Positions 1 through 11,660 of a stretch of 64,000 nucleotides of DNA are shown here, piece by piece. This stretch comes from Candidatus Doudnabacteria bacterium RIFCSPHIGHO2_01_FULL_46_24 (lineage in GTDB: Bacteria > Patescibacteriota > Doudnabacteria > UBA920 > O2-02-FULL-48-8). Positions within the stretch are counted from its first letter, which is position 1, and each line of letters starts with the position of its first letter. A model generated the notes under the pieces. The model did not search any database. It saw only the letters and a list, made by a program, of their open reading frames with translations, and was not told the origin of the DNA. Made by a program: the position numbers and the translations under genes. Where the stretch lies: the NCBI GenBank assembly GCA_001777575.1, contig MFEL01000010.1, positions 20,661 through 84,660 of the forward strand, read 5' to 3'.

Positions 1-12
1 ACTTACCAAAAA

Positions 13-2328
13 TTGCTGCTGGACAATTCTTATCTGGATTTTGGCGACTTGATTAATTTCACTTTGAAACTTTTTCGCACTCGTCCGAAAATTCTCAAAC
101 GGTACCAAGCCCAGTATAAATACATTTTGGTGGATGAATTCCAAGATACGGATTTTTCACAATACGAAATGGTCAAGCTGCTGGCCATGCCGCAAAATAA
201 CCTCACGGTGGTTGGTGATGACGACCAGTCCATCTACAAATTCCGCGGCGCATCCGTCTCCAATATTTTGCAATTCAAAAGTGATTTCAAAAAAGCTCAA
301 GAAGTCACTCTGACTGAAAATTACCGCTCCAGCCAAAATATTTTGGATCTGGCTTATAAATTCATCCAGCAAAACAACCCTGAGCGCCTGGAGAGCAAGC
401 TTAAAATCGACAAAAAATTGAAGAGTGATAAAAAAGACCAAGGCCTCATTGAGGTTCTGCATGGCTCCAACATCCACGAAGAAGTGCGCTTGGTGGCTGA
501 TAAAATAAACGAGCTCACAGAGGCCGGTCTAAATTTAAGCGACTTTGCCATTCTGGTCCGAGCCAACGATTCGGCTGAGCCGTTTATCTCCGAATTGAGC
601 CGGCGCGGGGTTGGGTATATTTTTGTCGCCAACAGAGGGCTTTACAGAAAACCTTTTATCCTTGATCTCTTGGCATACTTGCGCCTTCTGGACAACCACC
701 ACGAAAGTGAAAACCTGTTTCGGGTGCTTGCAATGGAGAATTTCAAAATCTCGGATGCGGATTTGATGAACATTACCAGAACCGCGAAAATCAAGGCTCT
801 GTCGGTTTTTCATGTCCTGAGCAATGCCCGCAGTCTGATTAGGCTTGATGCCCCATCGGCCAAAAAAATCGACACGGTTGTGGGATTGATCGAGAAACAC
901 ACAGCGATGGCCCGCAGCACGCCTATATCTGAACTTATTGTTCGGATTCTTGATGATTTGGGTTTAATTAAGGAACTAAGCGCGGACAACGCCGCTGTTT
1001 CTGAGAAACGCAGCATGCTCGAGCAATTCTATAAGAAGGTTATGAGTTTTGAGGATGAGAGCAATGACAAAACCCTCAGAGGCTTTCTTGAAAATTTAAG
1101 GCTGGAGCTGGAAGCTGGGGATTTGGGAGAGCTTTCATACAATCCCGATTTGGGCCCGGAGGCAATGCGCCTCATGACAATCCATTCAGCCAAAGGGCTG
1201 GAGTTCAAATGCGTGTTTGTAGTCAACCTGGTTGACCAAAGATTTCCTTCCAGGGAGCGCCGGGATCAGATCGAAATCCCGTCGGAGTTAGTCAAGGAAA
1301 TCCTGCCGGAAGGGGATGTGCACCTGATGGAAGAGCGGCGGTTGTTTTACGTCGCGTGCACGCGAGCGAAGCAAAATCTCTATCTGACTTGGGCCGACGA
1401 CTACGGCGGCACCACGAACAAAAAGCCTTCCCGATTTTTGATTGAGCTTGATTTTGCCAAGCTCCCCGAAAAGTCCAAACCCGCCGGCGAGGTAATTTTC
1501 AAAAACCCGCCTGCGATCACAGATCACGGATCAAAGATCACGAATCAACTATTCATCCCCGATACTTTTTCGTTTTCTCAAATCAACACTTTTCGCAACT
1601 GTCCTTTGGAATACAAGCTGCGCTATATCTACCAATTGCCCCTTCCAGGTTCTTCGCACTTGTCACTGGGCGATACGGTCCATAAGACGCTCTATAAATT
1701 TTTAAGCCACTATGACCGCCTGAATAAACAAAAACAAGCTGATCTGTTCGGGGCGAAGCAGACCGCATCCGAAGTCCCAGGTTTGGATCTTTTAAAAAAG
1801 TTCTACGAAGAGTCCTGGGTGGACGATTGGTACCCGGACGCCATTGAAAAAAACCACGCCCGCAAGCTCGGGTGGGAGATGTTAGAAACGTTTCACAAAA
1901 GATTTTCGGAGCAACCCTCAACCATCAAATTTCTTGAGCAAAAATTCAAACTGAAACTGGGCAATTTCAAATTCACGGGCAAAATTGACCGCGCGGATCT
2001 CAACAGTGACAACTCGATTGACATCATTGACTACAAAACCGGCAAAATCAAGGAAAAATTGACGGCCGAGGACAAGGATCAACTGTTCATCTACCAATGG
2101 GCGGCGCAGGAGCAATTCAAGGAAAAAGTCCGCACCCTTAAATATTGGTACCTAAAAAGCCTCGGCGACAGTCCGAAATTCCTGGGCAGCAGCCAAGACA
2201 TCGAAAAAGTTAAGGTTAAACTCCTTCAGACCATCGAGCAAATAATCGACGCCATCAAATCAAATTCCTTCCCCAAACTCGACCAAAAAATTTCCCACGA
2301 CTGCAAATACCGTGATTTTATGGTATAA
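13..2328 (+). CDS. UvrD/PcrA-family ATP-dependent DNA helicase with C-terminal PD-(D/E)XK nuclease domain (5' end outside window)
   Basis: LVDEFQDT, VVGDDDQSIYKFRGA, MTIHSAKGLEF and EERRLFYVACTRAK helicase motifs; C-terminal GKIDRAD...IIDYKTG nuclease motif. Confidence 0.92.
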   Translation: MLLDNSYLDFGDLINFTLKLFRTRPKILKRYQAQYKYILVDEFQDTDFSQYEMVKLLAMPQNNLTVVGDDDQSIYKFRGASVSNILQFKSDFKKAQEVTLTENYRSSQNILDLAYKFIQQNNPERLESKLKIDKKLKSDKKDQGLIEVLHGSNIHEEVRLVADKINELTEAGLNLSDFAILVRANDSAEPFISELSRRGVGYIFVANRGLYRKPFILDLLAYLRLLDNHHESENLFRVLAMENFKISDADLMNITRTAKIKALSVFHVLSNARSLIRLDAPSAKKIDTVVGLIEKHTAMARSTPISELIVRILDDLGLIKELSADNAAVSEKRSMLEQFYKKVMSFEDESNDKTLRGFLENLRLELEAGDLGELSYNPDLGPEAMRLMTIHSAKGLEFKCVFVVNLVDQRFPSRERRDQIEIPSELVKEILPEGDVHLMEERRLFYVACTRAKQNLYLTWADDYGGTTNKKPSRFLIELDFAKLPEKSKPAGEVIFKNPPAITDHGSKITNQLFIPDTFSFSQINTFRNCPLEYKLRYIYQLPLPGSSHLSLGDTVHKTLYKFLSHYDRLNKQKQADLFGAKQTASEVPGLDLLKKFYEESWVDDWYPDAIEKNHARKLGWEMLETFHKRFSEQPSTIKFLEQKFKLKLGNFKFTGKIDRADLNSDNSIDIIDYKTGKIKEKLTAEDKDQLFIYQWAAQEQFKEKVRTLKYWYLKSLGDSPKFLGSSQDIEKVKVKLLQTIEQIIDAIKSNSFPKLDQKISHDCKYRDFMV

Positions 2329-2335
2329 TGGAAGC

Positions 2336-2710
2336 GTGAACACTCTGGCTGCAAAATCTTATTTGTTAATCGCTGACATTGTCTTCGGGGCAAGCCTGGC
2401 CTCAATGATTTTCCTGCTTATGGCAGTCAGTCCCGAATCAGGATTCGTGGTACTTCTGTCTTTTTATTCAATTCTGTTTCTGCTCGTGTTTACGACAGCG
2501 ATGCTGGCTGGATATTATATCCGGCAGTCTCTCGGGAACAGGGAGTTCGCTCTTCAAGACCTTCACGTCTCGGCTCGGCAGGGCTTGTGGCTCGCAATCC
2601 TCGTCACAATATCATTCGTTTTACTTGCACTCGAAATGTTCTCAACCATGCCTGTTGCCCTGCTCACGCTTGCCTTGGTTTTCTTGGAATCATATTTAAC
2701 GCTCAAGTAA
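2336..2710 (+). CDS. Hypothetical membrane protein (about 4 TM)
   Basis: Hydrophobic ORF; GTG at 2336 just after TATAAT at 2324-2329. Confidence 0.7.
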   Translation: MNTLAAKSYLLIADIVFGASLASMIFLLMAVSPESGFVVLLSFYSILFLLVFTTAMLAGYYIRQSLGNREFALQDLHVSARQGLWLAILVTISFVLLALEMFSTMPVALLTLALVFLESYLTLK

Positions 2711-3825
2711 TGTCAATGCCAGAAACACAAAGTCAATCCGATGAAGTAAATTATGTTGTCATGCCTCCCTTAGGCAGGAAGCCTGTAGAAACGTCTCAGC
2801 ATCCGCAAGCGCAGTCTCCGGAAGTTGGCGCGCCGTTTGTTCGCAAGTGGTTTTACATTGCCGGAGCCGTGCTTTTGGTGTTGCTTTTGGCACTCCTGTG
2901 GTACTTCAGATTCGCGAATCAGGATGAAACCGATCAACCTATTGCGACGCAAACCCGCCTGCCGAGGGTTTGGTTAAACCAGCATTTTGGATCAGAGGTT
3001 TGCGCTAACGATAAAATTTGTGGCGACACTGCTGATCCTGACGCGGATGGGCTCAGCAACTTCAATGAATTCAAGGAAGGGACCGACCCCAAAAATTCCG
3101 ACACGGATATGGATGGCTTAGCTGACAGCGACGAGCTTACTGTCTTCAAGACAGACCCAAACCTCAAATACACGGACCGGCGCGAGATCGCCGCAACCAA
3201 TGATTACAATGACGCTGTATCGATTGCGAACGGTTATGACCCGCTGACTCCTGGATTTAGGATGACGAAAAGCCGCTTGGCGCAAATAGAAGCGGACACC
3301 AAGCAACATCAATTTCATGAGCCGACAATTTCGACTTTACAAACGCTTAGGCCAGAAGCGCAACCTGCGCCCACCCCAACCTCATTGGCGCCGGTAACCG
3401 CCAGTCGTCAGAACTGCGGCGTGGTCGAAGGCCTTCACCTCCTGGCGGAAAGGGATAAGCTTACAGCAGTCGAAAGTAATTCCCTTAACTGCATTGATCA
3501 GGCCATGATCAGCTGCTTGCCTGCAAAGATCTCTGTGCATAATACACTTGAGTCAACCAAAGAGCTTGGTAACAGCGAGTTTGAAGTTATCGGTAAAGTC
3601 GGCGGTGACTGCAGAATGAAAAATGATCCGCAAGCGCCCACGCAGCTTTCACCTAAACGAACTTGCGGGGTGCCTCTAGCTTTTATTGCAAATCTTGACA
3701 AGCAAGCGAAAGCTCAACCCACAGCCGGACCGGGCATTGTTTTCTTTGCCGTTTCCATTGGCATGAGCTTTGGTGAATTGACTGATTCCGCCACAGGTGA
3801 AAAAATAACCTTTTCTTGCGCATGA
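2710..3825 (+). CDS. Membrane-anchored protein with DxDxDG Ca-binding (thrombospondin type-3-like) repeats and a Cys-containing C-terminal domain
   Basis: TAATG overlap with upstream gene; one TM helix; DPDADGLSNFNE..GTDPKNSDTDMDGL. Confidence 0.7.
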   Translation: MSMPETQSQSDEVNYVVMPPLGRKPVETSQHPQAQSPEVGAPFVRKWFYIAGAVLLVLLLALLWYFRFANQDETDQPIATQTRLPRVWLNQHFGSEVCANDKICGDTADPDADGLSNFNEFKEGTDPKNSDTDMDGLADSDELTVFKTDPNLKYTDRREIAATNDYNDAVSIANGYDPLTPGFRMTKSRLAQIEADTKQHQFHEPTISTLQTLRPEAQPAPTPTSLAPVTASRQNCGVVEGLHLLAERDKLTAVESNSLNCIDQAMISCLPAKISVHNTLESTKELGNSEFEVIGKVGGDCRMKNDPQAPTQLSPKRTCGVPLAFIANLDKQAKAQPTAGPGIVFFAVSIGMSFGELTDSATGEKITFSCA

Positions 3826-4224
3826 GTCTGTTAAGTTGGTTGCATAAATCGAAATTTCCAGGAATAATCGCGGCAAGGGTTACTAAAATTGAAAAACATC
3901 CGAATGCCGATCGGTTGCGAGTCGTCGAATTGACCGACGGTGAAAGAACGATAGCGCCCGTGGTCTGCGGAGCTTTTAATTTTGAAGTTGGCGCCAAGGT
4001 AGCCTTAGCCCTCCCTGGCGCTAAAATTTTGCGTAATATCCATTCCGCAGCGCACGAGCCGTTTGTCTTGCAGAAAGCCACCATTCGCGGCATCGAAAGC
4101 CAGGGGATGATTTGCTCGGCGTTTGAACTGGGCTTATCAGATTCCCCGGCAGGGAATTATGATTTTGGAAGATGATGTAAAGATTGGTAAAAGGTTCTCA
4201 AGCGACATGGTAAATTTTCAGTAA
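3822..4224 (+). CDS. Stand-alone tRNA-binding OB-fold (PheT B2 / YtpR-like) protein with an apparent +1 frameshift near 4150
   Basis: KHPNADRL, VVCGAFNF..G.KVALA, IRGIESQGMICS.ELGL; expected tail GIMILEDDVKIG continues in +1 frame to TAA at 4222-4224; unshifted ORF stops at 4175. Confidence 0.8.
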
Positions 4225-4254
4225 ATGCTTCACTACTGCAGTGCAGTGAAGCAT
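4225..4254. repeat. 10-bp-stem palindrome ATGCTTCACT-N10-AGTGAAGCAT; related copy at 16374-16397
   Basis: Read directly from sequence. Confidence 0.6.
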
Positions 4255-4278
4255 ATACATAGCGGAAGTTAATAGTCT

Positions 4279-5409
4279 ATGGCAACAATAAATGTTGATG
4301 CAACCGAAGAAGAAAGGCTCAAGGAACAACTTGAAAAGCGCGCAGACTTTGAAGCGCAGCGAATCAGGCGGTATTTAAGCATGCCGGATTTATCAAGAAC
4401 CGAGGGAAGTCCGATTCAAGAAATTGTCAAGCGCGCAAGCCAGGTCAAAAGCCTGCAGGATTTCGACGTAATTCAAGTGCCGGAAATCGTGCCGGCGCAT
4501 ATCTTGTTTGACCTGTTCAACATGCCGCCGGGACATCCCGCGCGAAGCAAATCGGACACTTACTATGTTGACGAAGAACATGTGCTAAGAACCCATGACA
4601 CGGTTTTCTGGTATTACTATCTGAATGACCCGGCAATCAAACAAAGAATCGCGAATAAAGAAACACTTGGAACTATTTGTTACGGCAAAGTCTACCGCAA
4701 GGATGAGATTGACAGCAGGCACATGAATGTCTTTCACCAATTTGGCGCCTGGCTAATCGCGCCCGATGACAAGCAAATTTTCACTCCCGATGATCTCAAG
4801 CGAGCGCTGGCCGAGGTTGGCACGAGCGTTTTTGGCTCCACCAATTTTCGTTTTTATGACCACAACTTCCCCTATACGGATCCGAGCTTTGAAATGGAAG
4901 CGGAAATTAAAGGACAATGGATGGAAATGGTCGGCTCGGGAATGGTCAGAAAGACCGTGCTTAAAAATTTGGGCTTGGAGGGATATAACGGTTGGGCGTT
5001 CGGCTTCGGCCTGGAAAGGCTGGCGATTGCCAGCATGGATTTGCCGGACATCCGCCTGCTGTGGTCCCAGGACCCGCGCGTGACCAAGCAGCTTAAGCTT
5101 GGCCAAAAATTCGTGGAAGTCAGCAAATACCCGCCGATCACGCGCGACATCTCTTTCATCGTGGATAAAAATTTTGTGCCCAACAATTACTTCGACTTAA
5201 TCCGCGACATCGGCGGCGATCTGGTGGAGCAGGTCGAGCTTTTGGATAAATTTGAAAACGAAGCTAAATTCCACAAAGACAAAATCAGCTACACCTATCG
5301 AGTGGTTTACAGAAGCCCTGAGCGAACCCTTAAAACCGAAGAAGTTGAACCTCTGCAAGCCAAGCTTTATGACGAAACCAAAAAGCAGTTTAACGCAGAG
5401 TTAAGATAA
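4279..5409 (+). CDS. pheS: Phenylalanine--tRNA ligase, single-chain type (alpha catalytic core fused to FDX-ACB anticodon-binding domain)
   Basis: HPARSKSDTYY, LRTH, GKVYRKDEIDSRH..FHQ, FPYTDPSFE, GWAFGFGLERLA..DIRLLW, then SKYPPITRDISF...YR..ERTL...ELR. Confidence 0.9.
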   Translation: MATINVDATEEERLKEQLEKRADFEAQRIRRYLSMPDLSRTEGSPIQEIVKRASQVKSLQDFDVIQVPEIVPAHILFDLFNMPPGHPARSKSDTYYVDEEHVLRTHDTVFWYYYLNDPAIKQRIANKETLGTICYGKVYRKDEIDSRHMNVFHQFGAWLIAPDDKQIFTPDDLKRALAEVGTSVFGSTNFRFYDHNFPYTDPSFEMEAEIKGQWMEMVGSGMVRKTVLKNLGLEGYNGWAFGFGLERLAIASMDLPDIRLLWSQDPRVTKQLKLGQKFVEVSKYPPITRDISFIVDKNFVPNNYFDLIRDIGGDLVEQVELLDKFENEAKFHKDKISYTYRVVYRSPERTLKTEEVEPLQAKLYDETKKQFNAELR

Positions 5410-5452
5410 TTGTTTCTGTGGATAACTTGACTACAAAGATCACCTTCGTAAT

Positions 5453-6838
5453 ATGGAAACAGAGCGCAATGTAATAAAAAAAATCTCCTCGGAGGGGGAG
5501 GATTGGGTTAACAGACGCGAATCTGCCAGAGAAGATGAACCGGAACATAAAAGGCAGGATATATTTGGCGCCAACTTTTTGCATTGGTGGAACATTGCGC
5601 ATAAAACAGGCGAGGATTGGTCTAAAATGACCGTTGGTCGTCTTGCGGATCATATCAACAAAACAGCTGACCAAACATGGAAACGGAATTTTAAGCGATT
5701 AGAAGAAGAGATGGTCGCGGGTGCAAAAACGGATCCCTGGTCTTTTCAGCAGTTTTTCGCAAATTATCTGATGGATAGAGTGCCCGATCTTGGGCGATTA
5801 AGTAAGCGCCTCGATTTAAGCATGAAACAGCCAAGAGCGAACCAGGATCTTATCCTGTTGGCGGCTGTGTTTGAGGGAGAAAGAGGAGCTAAAGCCACGG
5901 AACTGGGGATTAGTTTGACTGCGGAATATCAGAATGGCAATAAGATTCTCCCGGCAAAACTCGTGGCTTCAATGATTGATTATCATAGTCAGCATGTGTT
6001 GGAAAGCGAGCGCCAATTTATGGAAATGATCCCGGAATACTTGGACAAGATAAAAACGCTATTACTTGCCGCTTCTAATTCGGGAGAGATTCCGATAAAG
6101 ACAGATACGATTTTAGAACGCCTGGGGGCTTTACGTTTTGCGGTTGTGGACGGCCTGACTGCGAAACTCCGGGACTTTTCCGGCGACTTTAAAGACCACA
6201 CGCATACGATTAGAATCTCGTCTGAAGCCCGGCCCGAGCACGTTGGCATGATTATGTCCCATGAAATTATCCATGCGCTGGCTGGGCAACTGGAATATTC
6301 CAGCGTTTCGAAGGTGTTTGAAGATAATCCTGAACTCTTTGTTCTAGTCGAGCGTCATGAGTTATTAAAAGGCGGCTTGCACTTTAGTAAAGACGTTGGA
6401 GAAAAACAATCGGATTTGCCTTCTCTACGCTTGCGTTGGTTAAACGAAGCATTGACGGAACAAGCGGCAATCGATTTGGTCAAGGGAACGGAATACGTAG
6501 GCTTTGACACTTATGAGCTTGAAAGAAAACTTCTAGATAAACTGGTCGCTCTGGGTATATCAAAATCGTTGCTTTATGAGGCTTATTTTGAAAATTATGC
6601 GGCTGACTCTACCGGCGGACACCGCCTTCCCAAAACGCGGGAGTTATTTGAAACAGTCAATCGTTTGCTTGGCCGCGGCTTTTTGGTTAATCTGGATATT
6701 TATATAAGATCCAATCGAGACGGCGTAAAATTAGCATTGCAGAAATGGGAAGACCTAGGTGCTGAATTTCCGTCATTTATTAACGATTTCGGCGCAGGTA
6801 AAATTAAAGAATTAAGGGATAGTTCGGAATTAAGGTAA
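5453..6838 (+). CDS. Hypothetical protein with gluzincin-like metallopeptidase motif
   Basis: SHEIIHALAG and downstream WLNEALTE. Confidence 0.6.
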   Translation: METERNVIKKISSEGEDWVNRRESAREDEPEHKRQDIFGANFLHWWNIAHKTGEDWSKMTVGRLADHINKTADQTWKRNFKRLEEEMVAGAKTDPWSFQQFFANYLMDRVPDLGRLSKRLDLSMKQPRANQDLILLAAVFEGERGAKATELGISLTAEYQNGNKILPAKLVASMIDYHSQHVLESERQFMEMIPEYLDKIKTLLLAASNSGEIPIKTDTILERLGALRFAVVDGLTAKLRDFSGDFKDHTHTIRISSEARPEHVGMIMSHEIIHALAGQLEYSSVSKVFEDNPELFVLVERHELLKGGLHFSKDVGEKQSDLPSLRLRWLNEALTEQAAIDLVKGTEYVGFDTYELERKLLDKLVALGISKSLLYEAYFENYAADSTGGHRLPKTRELFETVNRLLGRGFLVNLDIYIRSNRDGVKLALQKWEDLGAEFPSFINDFGAGKIKELRDSSELR

Positions 6839-6890
6839 CTATACAAAAAGTGCCGATCGGTCAAAAGTGTATAGTGAAAAATTATAATTA

Positions 6891-7187
6891 GTGGCTTGGA
6901 TTATTACATTAGTTATTGCTCTGATTATCGGATACCTGGCGGGCCGGCGGCGGGGAAGGGTTAATTTTGCCTCACCAAACCGGGCGGCGATGGTTCAAAA
7001 ACAAGAACATCTGGACACAATTATGAAATCATTTGCGCCTGGCGATGAGTTGAGCAACGACAAAGTCCAGGATCTACTCCAGGTCTCGGATGCCACAGCA
7101 GAACGGTACTTAAACGAGCTTGAATATCAAGGTAAATTGAGGCAAATCGGCAAAGCCGGAAAATACGTGATTTATCACAAACTTTAA
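6891..7187 (+). CDS. Small membrane-anchored winged-HTH protein
   Basis: N-terminal TM; SNDKVQDLLQVSDATAERYLNELE..G.L..IG. Confidence 0.7.
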   Translation: MAWIITLVIALIIGYLAGRRRGRVNFASPNRAAMVQKQEHLDTIMKSFAPGDELSNDKVQDLLQVSDATAERYLNELEYQGKLRQIGKAGKYVIYHKL

Positions 7188-7214
7188 CGCCTCAGCTTCA
7201 TTTGAGGCGTTAAA
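7183..7214. repeat. Palindrome TTTAACGCCTCA-N8-TGAGGCGTTAAA (terminator or protein-binding site); sister copy at 48883-48914
   Basis: 12-bp perfect arms. Confidence 0.6.
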
Positions 7215-7336
7215 AATACCTATATTTTTAGGGCAAAAAATGTGCTATAATATTATGGGTGAATTAGCTAATTGCGGGTTTGCGGATTACGCATTTAATC
7301 CGTAATTCGTTAATTCGCAATTAAAGAATTATCTAA

Positions 7337-9294
<1,958 letters not shown>

Positions 9295-9295
<1 letters not shown>

Positions 9296-9642
9296 TGCCG
9301 ATTAAAATCGTTACTGATAAAATCAGTCTAGAGGAACTCCGACGGCTTGCAAATGAACGTTTTGGTGATATGGTAAAAGCGGTTGTTGATATTGAGCGAA
9401 AAATCATGGCCGTGGGAGGGCAAATGCACGCAGATGAGGAGGCCTTGCTGTTACAGAAAGATTCAGAGCAGTGCAATCTTTGGGGGATAAATATTTATCC
9501 AGATAAATCAGTGGAAGATTATATCGAATTTGATTCAGTCATTAACCTGCGACCCGCGCAGAACAATAAGACACGGGGCGTGGACGATCCGAAAATTCAA
9601 GAAAAAATTAAGCAGGTCGTTTATGAATTATATTCACGGTAG
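9295..9642 (+). CDS. Conserved hypothetical protein (DUF5674-like)
   Basis: MVKAVVDIER..MAVGG.MHADEE..LL...S....LWGINI; TAATG-coupled to gyrB. Confidence 0.7.
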
Positions 9643-9946
9643 CGATATCGTTGAAAAATGGCAAAAGATGTCTCTCTCGGAACAGATGGGGAACATAGGC
9701 AGTGAGGTCAGCCGCTGCCAAAAATGGCAAAACCGAGACCAGAAAATTTTTATGAATGCGTTTTGGCGGGCTTTGGAGCTGCTGGATCTGACTATTTCCG
9801 ATAAGCGATGGCTTAATGGCATCAAGGAAATTACCCGAGTCAAAGAATTGCTTTGTGACATTGTGTTTGGTAAAAATCAATACCGCACCACTCTTGCGGA
9901 TCTTGACCGCTACTTTACCCAATACGCCTTAGCCACCCGCAAATAA
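9623..9946 (+). CDS. Conserved hypothetical helical protein
   Basis: W.KMSLSEQMGNIGSEVSR...RALELLDLTI; overlaps upstream gene. Confidence 0.7.
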   Translation: MNYIHGSDIVEKWQKMSLSEQMGNIGSEVSRCQKWQNRDQKIFMNAFWRALELLDLTISDKRWLNGIKEITRVKELLCDIVFGKNQYRTTLADLDRYFTQYALATRK

Positions 9947-9976
9947 CAACTCTGTAGCCTGTCTAGGTTCATAGAC

Positions 9977-10034
9977 TTGCTCAAAATAATCAGTATGTTA
10001 TAATGACGTCACTTTAAGCCCGCGAGGGCTTTTT
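9977..10034 (+). promoter_or_regulatory. Sigma70-like promoter (TTGCTC, extended TGnTATAAT) followed by leader hairpin AAGCCC-GCGA-GGGCTT-TTT
   Basis: Seen upstream of secE. Confidence 0.5.
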
Positions 10035-10045
10035 AATGAGGTGTT

Positions 10046-10234
10046 ATGACAAATCCCATCCAATTCCTAAAAGAGGCCAAAAATGAGCTGTTTAAGGTCG
10101 TTTGGCCGAAGCGTCCTGAAATACTGCGCATCACCCTGGCTGTGATTATCATATCCTTGGTTATCGCTGTTTTCCTGGGCGCTGTGGATTTTGGCCTTAA
10201 TAAACTCATAAATTTCGTCTTGGATAAACAATGA
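10046..10234 (+). CDS. secE: Preprotein translocase subunit SecE
   Basis: FLKEAKNELFKVVWP motif plus TM; upstream of nusG. Confidence 0.93.
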   Translation: MTNPIQFLKEAKNELFKVVWPKRPEILRITLAVIIISLVIAVFLGAVDFGLNKLINFVLDKQ

Positions 10235-10608
10235 TCACTGCCCGCCGCATTGTTTTGTGGTTTGCCGCCATTTTGATCGTGCATGTGGTCGCTGTATATT
10301 TGGATTTGTATGACAGGATTCCGAACATTGACATCCCGATGCATTTCCTGGGAGGCGGCGCCGTAAGCCTTATCTCCATTTACCTCACGAAGAACAGCAA
10401 GTTCAAAACCTGGCAATATCTGATTTTCGTCCTTGGCTTCACGATCATAGTCGGGATCGGTTGGGAATACTTTGAATTCGCTGTTGACCAAATATTTGAG
10501 GATAAGTTTGGTTGGAACCGAATGACGCTTCGAGACACTTTGGGAGATTTGCTTTATGATGGCCTTGGGGCTACAATCTTTTGGGTCGTTTACAAGGATC
10601 GAATATAA
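10231..10608 (+). CDS. Hypothetical membrane protein
   Basis: D..MHFLGG, IGWEYFEF, DTLGDL motifs. Confidence 0.7.
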   Translation: MITARRIVLWFAAILIVHVVAVYLDLYDRIPNIDIPMHFLGGGAVSLISIYLTKNSKFKTWQYLIFVLGFTIIVGIGWEYFEFAVDQIFEDKFGWNRMTLRDTLGDLLYDGLGATIFWVVYKDRI

Positions 10609-11153
10609 TGGCTAGACAACAGGCAACCGGGGAAAAACATTGGTACGTGCTCCATACCTACTCGGGATACGAAGACAGCGTGGCTTTTAACCTGCACCAA
10701 CGTATCGAATCCATGGGCATGGAAGACAAGATCTTTTCCGTCATGGTCCCGAAGGAGAAGAAGATCAAAATTCGGGAAGGCAAACGCGTAACAATTGAAG
10801 AAAAAATCTTTCCCGGATACGTCTTGGTGGAAATGATCGTCACTGATGACTCATGGTACGTAGTCAGAAACACGCCCAATGTCACCGGCTTCGTCGGTTC
10901 CGGCACGATCCCGACGCCCATCGCAGATGTTGAAATCCAATCTTTGCAGAAGCGCATGGGCGTGGAGGAGCCCAAATACAAGATCGACGTGTCTTTAAGT
11001 GATCTGGTGCGCGTAATGGAGGGGCCGTTTAAGGATTACGAAGGGAAGGTTTCGGAAGTGGATGAAGAAAAAGGCAAGATTAAAGTCATGGTCTCGATCT
11101 TCGGCCGGGAAACGCCGCTTGAGCTTGACTTTTTACAAATTAAGAAGTTATAA
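10608..11153 (+). CDS. nusG: Transcription termination/antitermination factor NusG
   Basis: WYVLHTYSGYE, FPGYVLVEM, KOW domain, FGRETP. Confidence 0.97.
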   Translation: MARQQATGEKHWYVLHTYSGYEDSVAFNLHQRIESMGMEDKIFSVMVPKEKKIKIREGKRVTIEEKIFPGYVLVEMIVTDDSWYVVRNTPNVTGFVGSGTIPTPIADVEIQSLQKRMGVEEPKYKIDVSLSDLVRVMEGPFKDYEGKVSEVDEEKGKIKVMVSIFGRETPLELDFLQIKKL

Positions 11154-11230
11154 TGCGAAACTACGAACCGGATTCGAATCTACGAACCGTTCGTAAATTC
11201 GTCTTAAGTTCGTAATTTCGAATTAAATTT

Positions 11231-11656
11231 ATGGCAAAGAAAGTTAAAACAACCGTAAAAATCCAGCTGTCGGCAGGCAAGGCCACGCCGGGACAGCAGC
11301 TTGGGACCTCCCTTGGGCCTCACGGCGTGAATTTGGGCCAGTTCGTCAAGGAATTCAACGATCGCACAGCCTCAATGGGGGACACTGTGGTGCCTGCAGA
11401 AATTACAATTTACGAGGACCGCTCGTTTAGTTTTGTCCTCAAAACACCGCCAGCCGCAGTGCTCATCCGCAAGGCAGCGGGTATAGAAAAGGGCTCGGGA
11501 AACCCGCTTTTGAACAAAGTCGGAAAAATTAATAAAATACAATTAAGAGAGATCGCGGAAACCAAACTACCCGACCTCAACGCCAGCTCAATCGAGGCAG
11601 CTGAGAAAATCGTGGCCGGCACCGCGCGCTCCATGGGTGTTGAAATCAAGGAGTAA
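11231..11656 (+). CDS. rplK: 50S ribosomal protein L11
   Basis: [26 protein letters not shown]. Confidence 0.97.
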   Translation: MAKKVKTTVKIQLSAGKATPGQQLGTSLGPHGVNLGQFVKEFNDRTASMGDTVVPAEITIYEDRSFSFVLKTPPAAVLIRKAAGIEKGSGNPLLNKVGKINKIQLREIAETKLPDLNASSIEAAEKIVAGTARSMGVEIKE

Positions 11657-11660
11657 AAAT

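Noticed and set aside
5417-5425. DnaA box suggesting oriC
   Set aside because: Isolated TTATCCACA matches (another near 53796 is inside a CDS); no box cluster and no dnaA/dnaN nearby.
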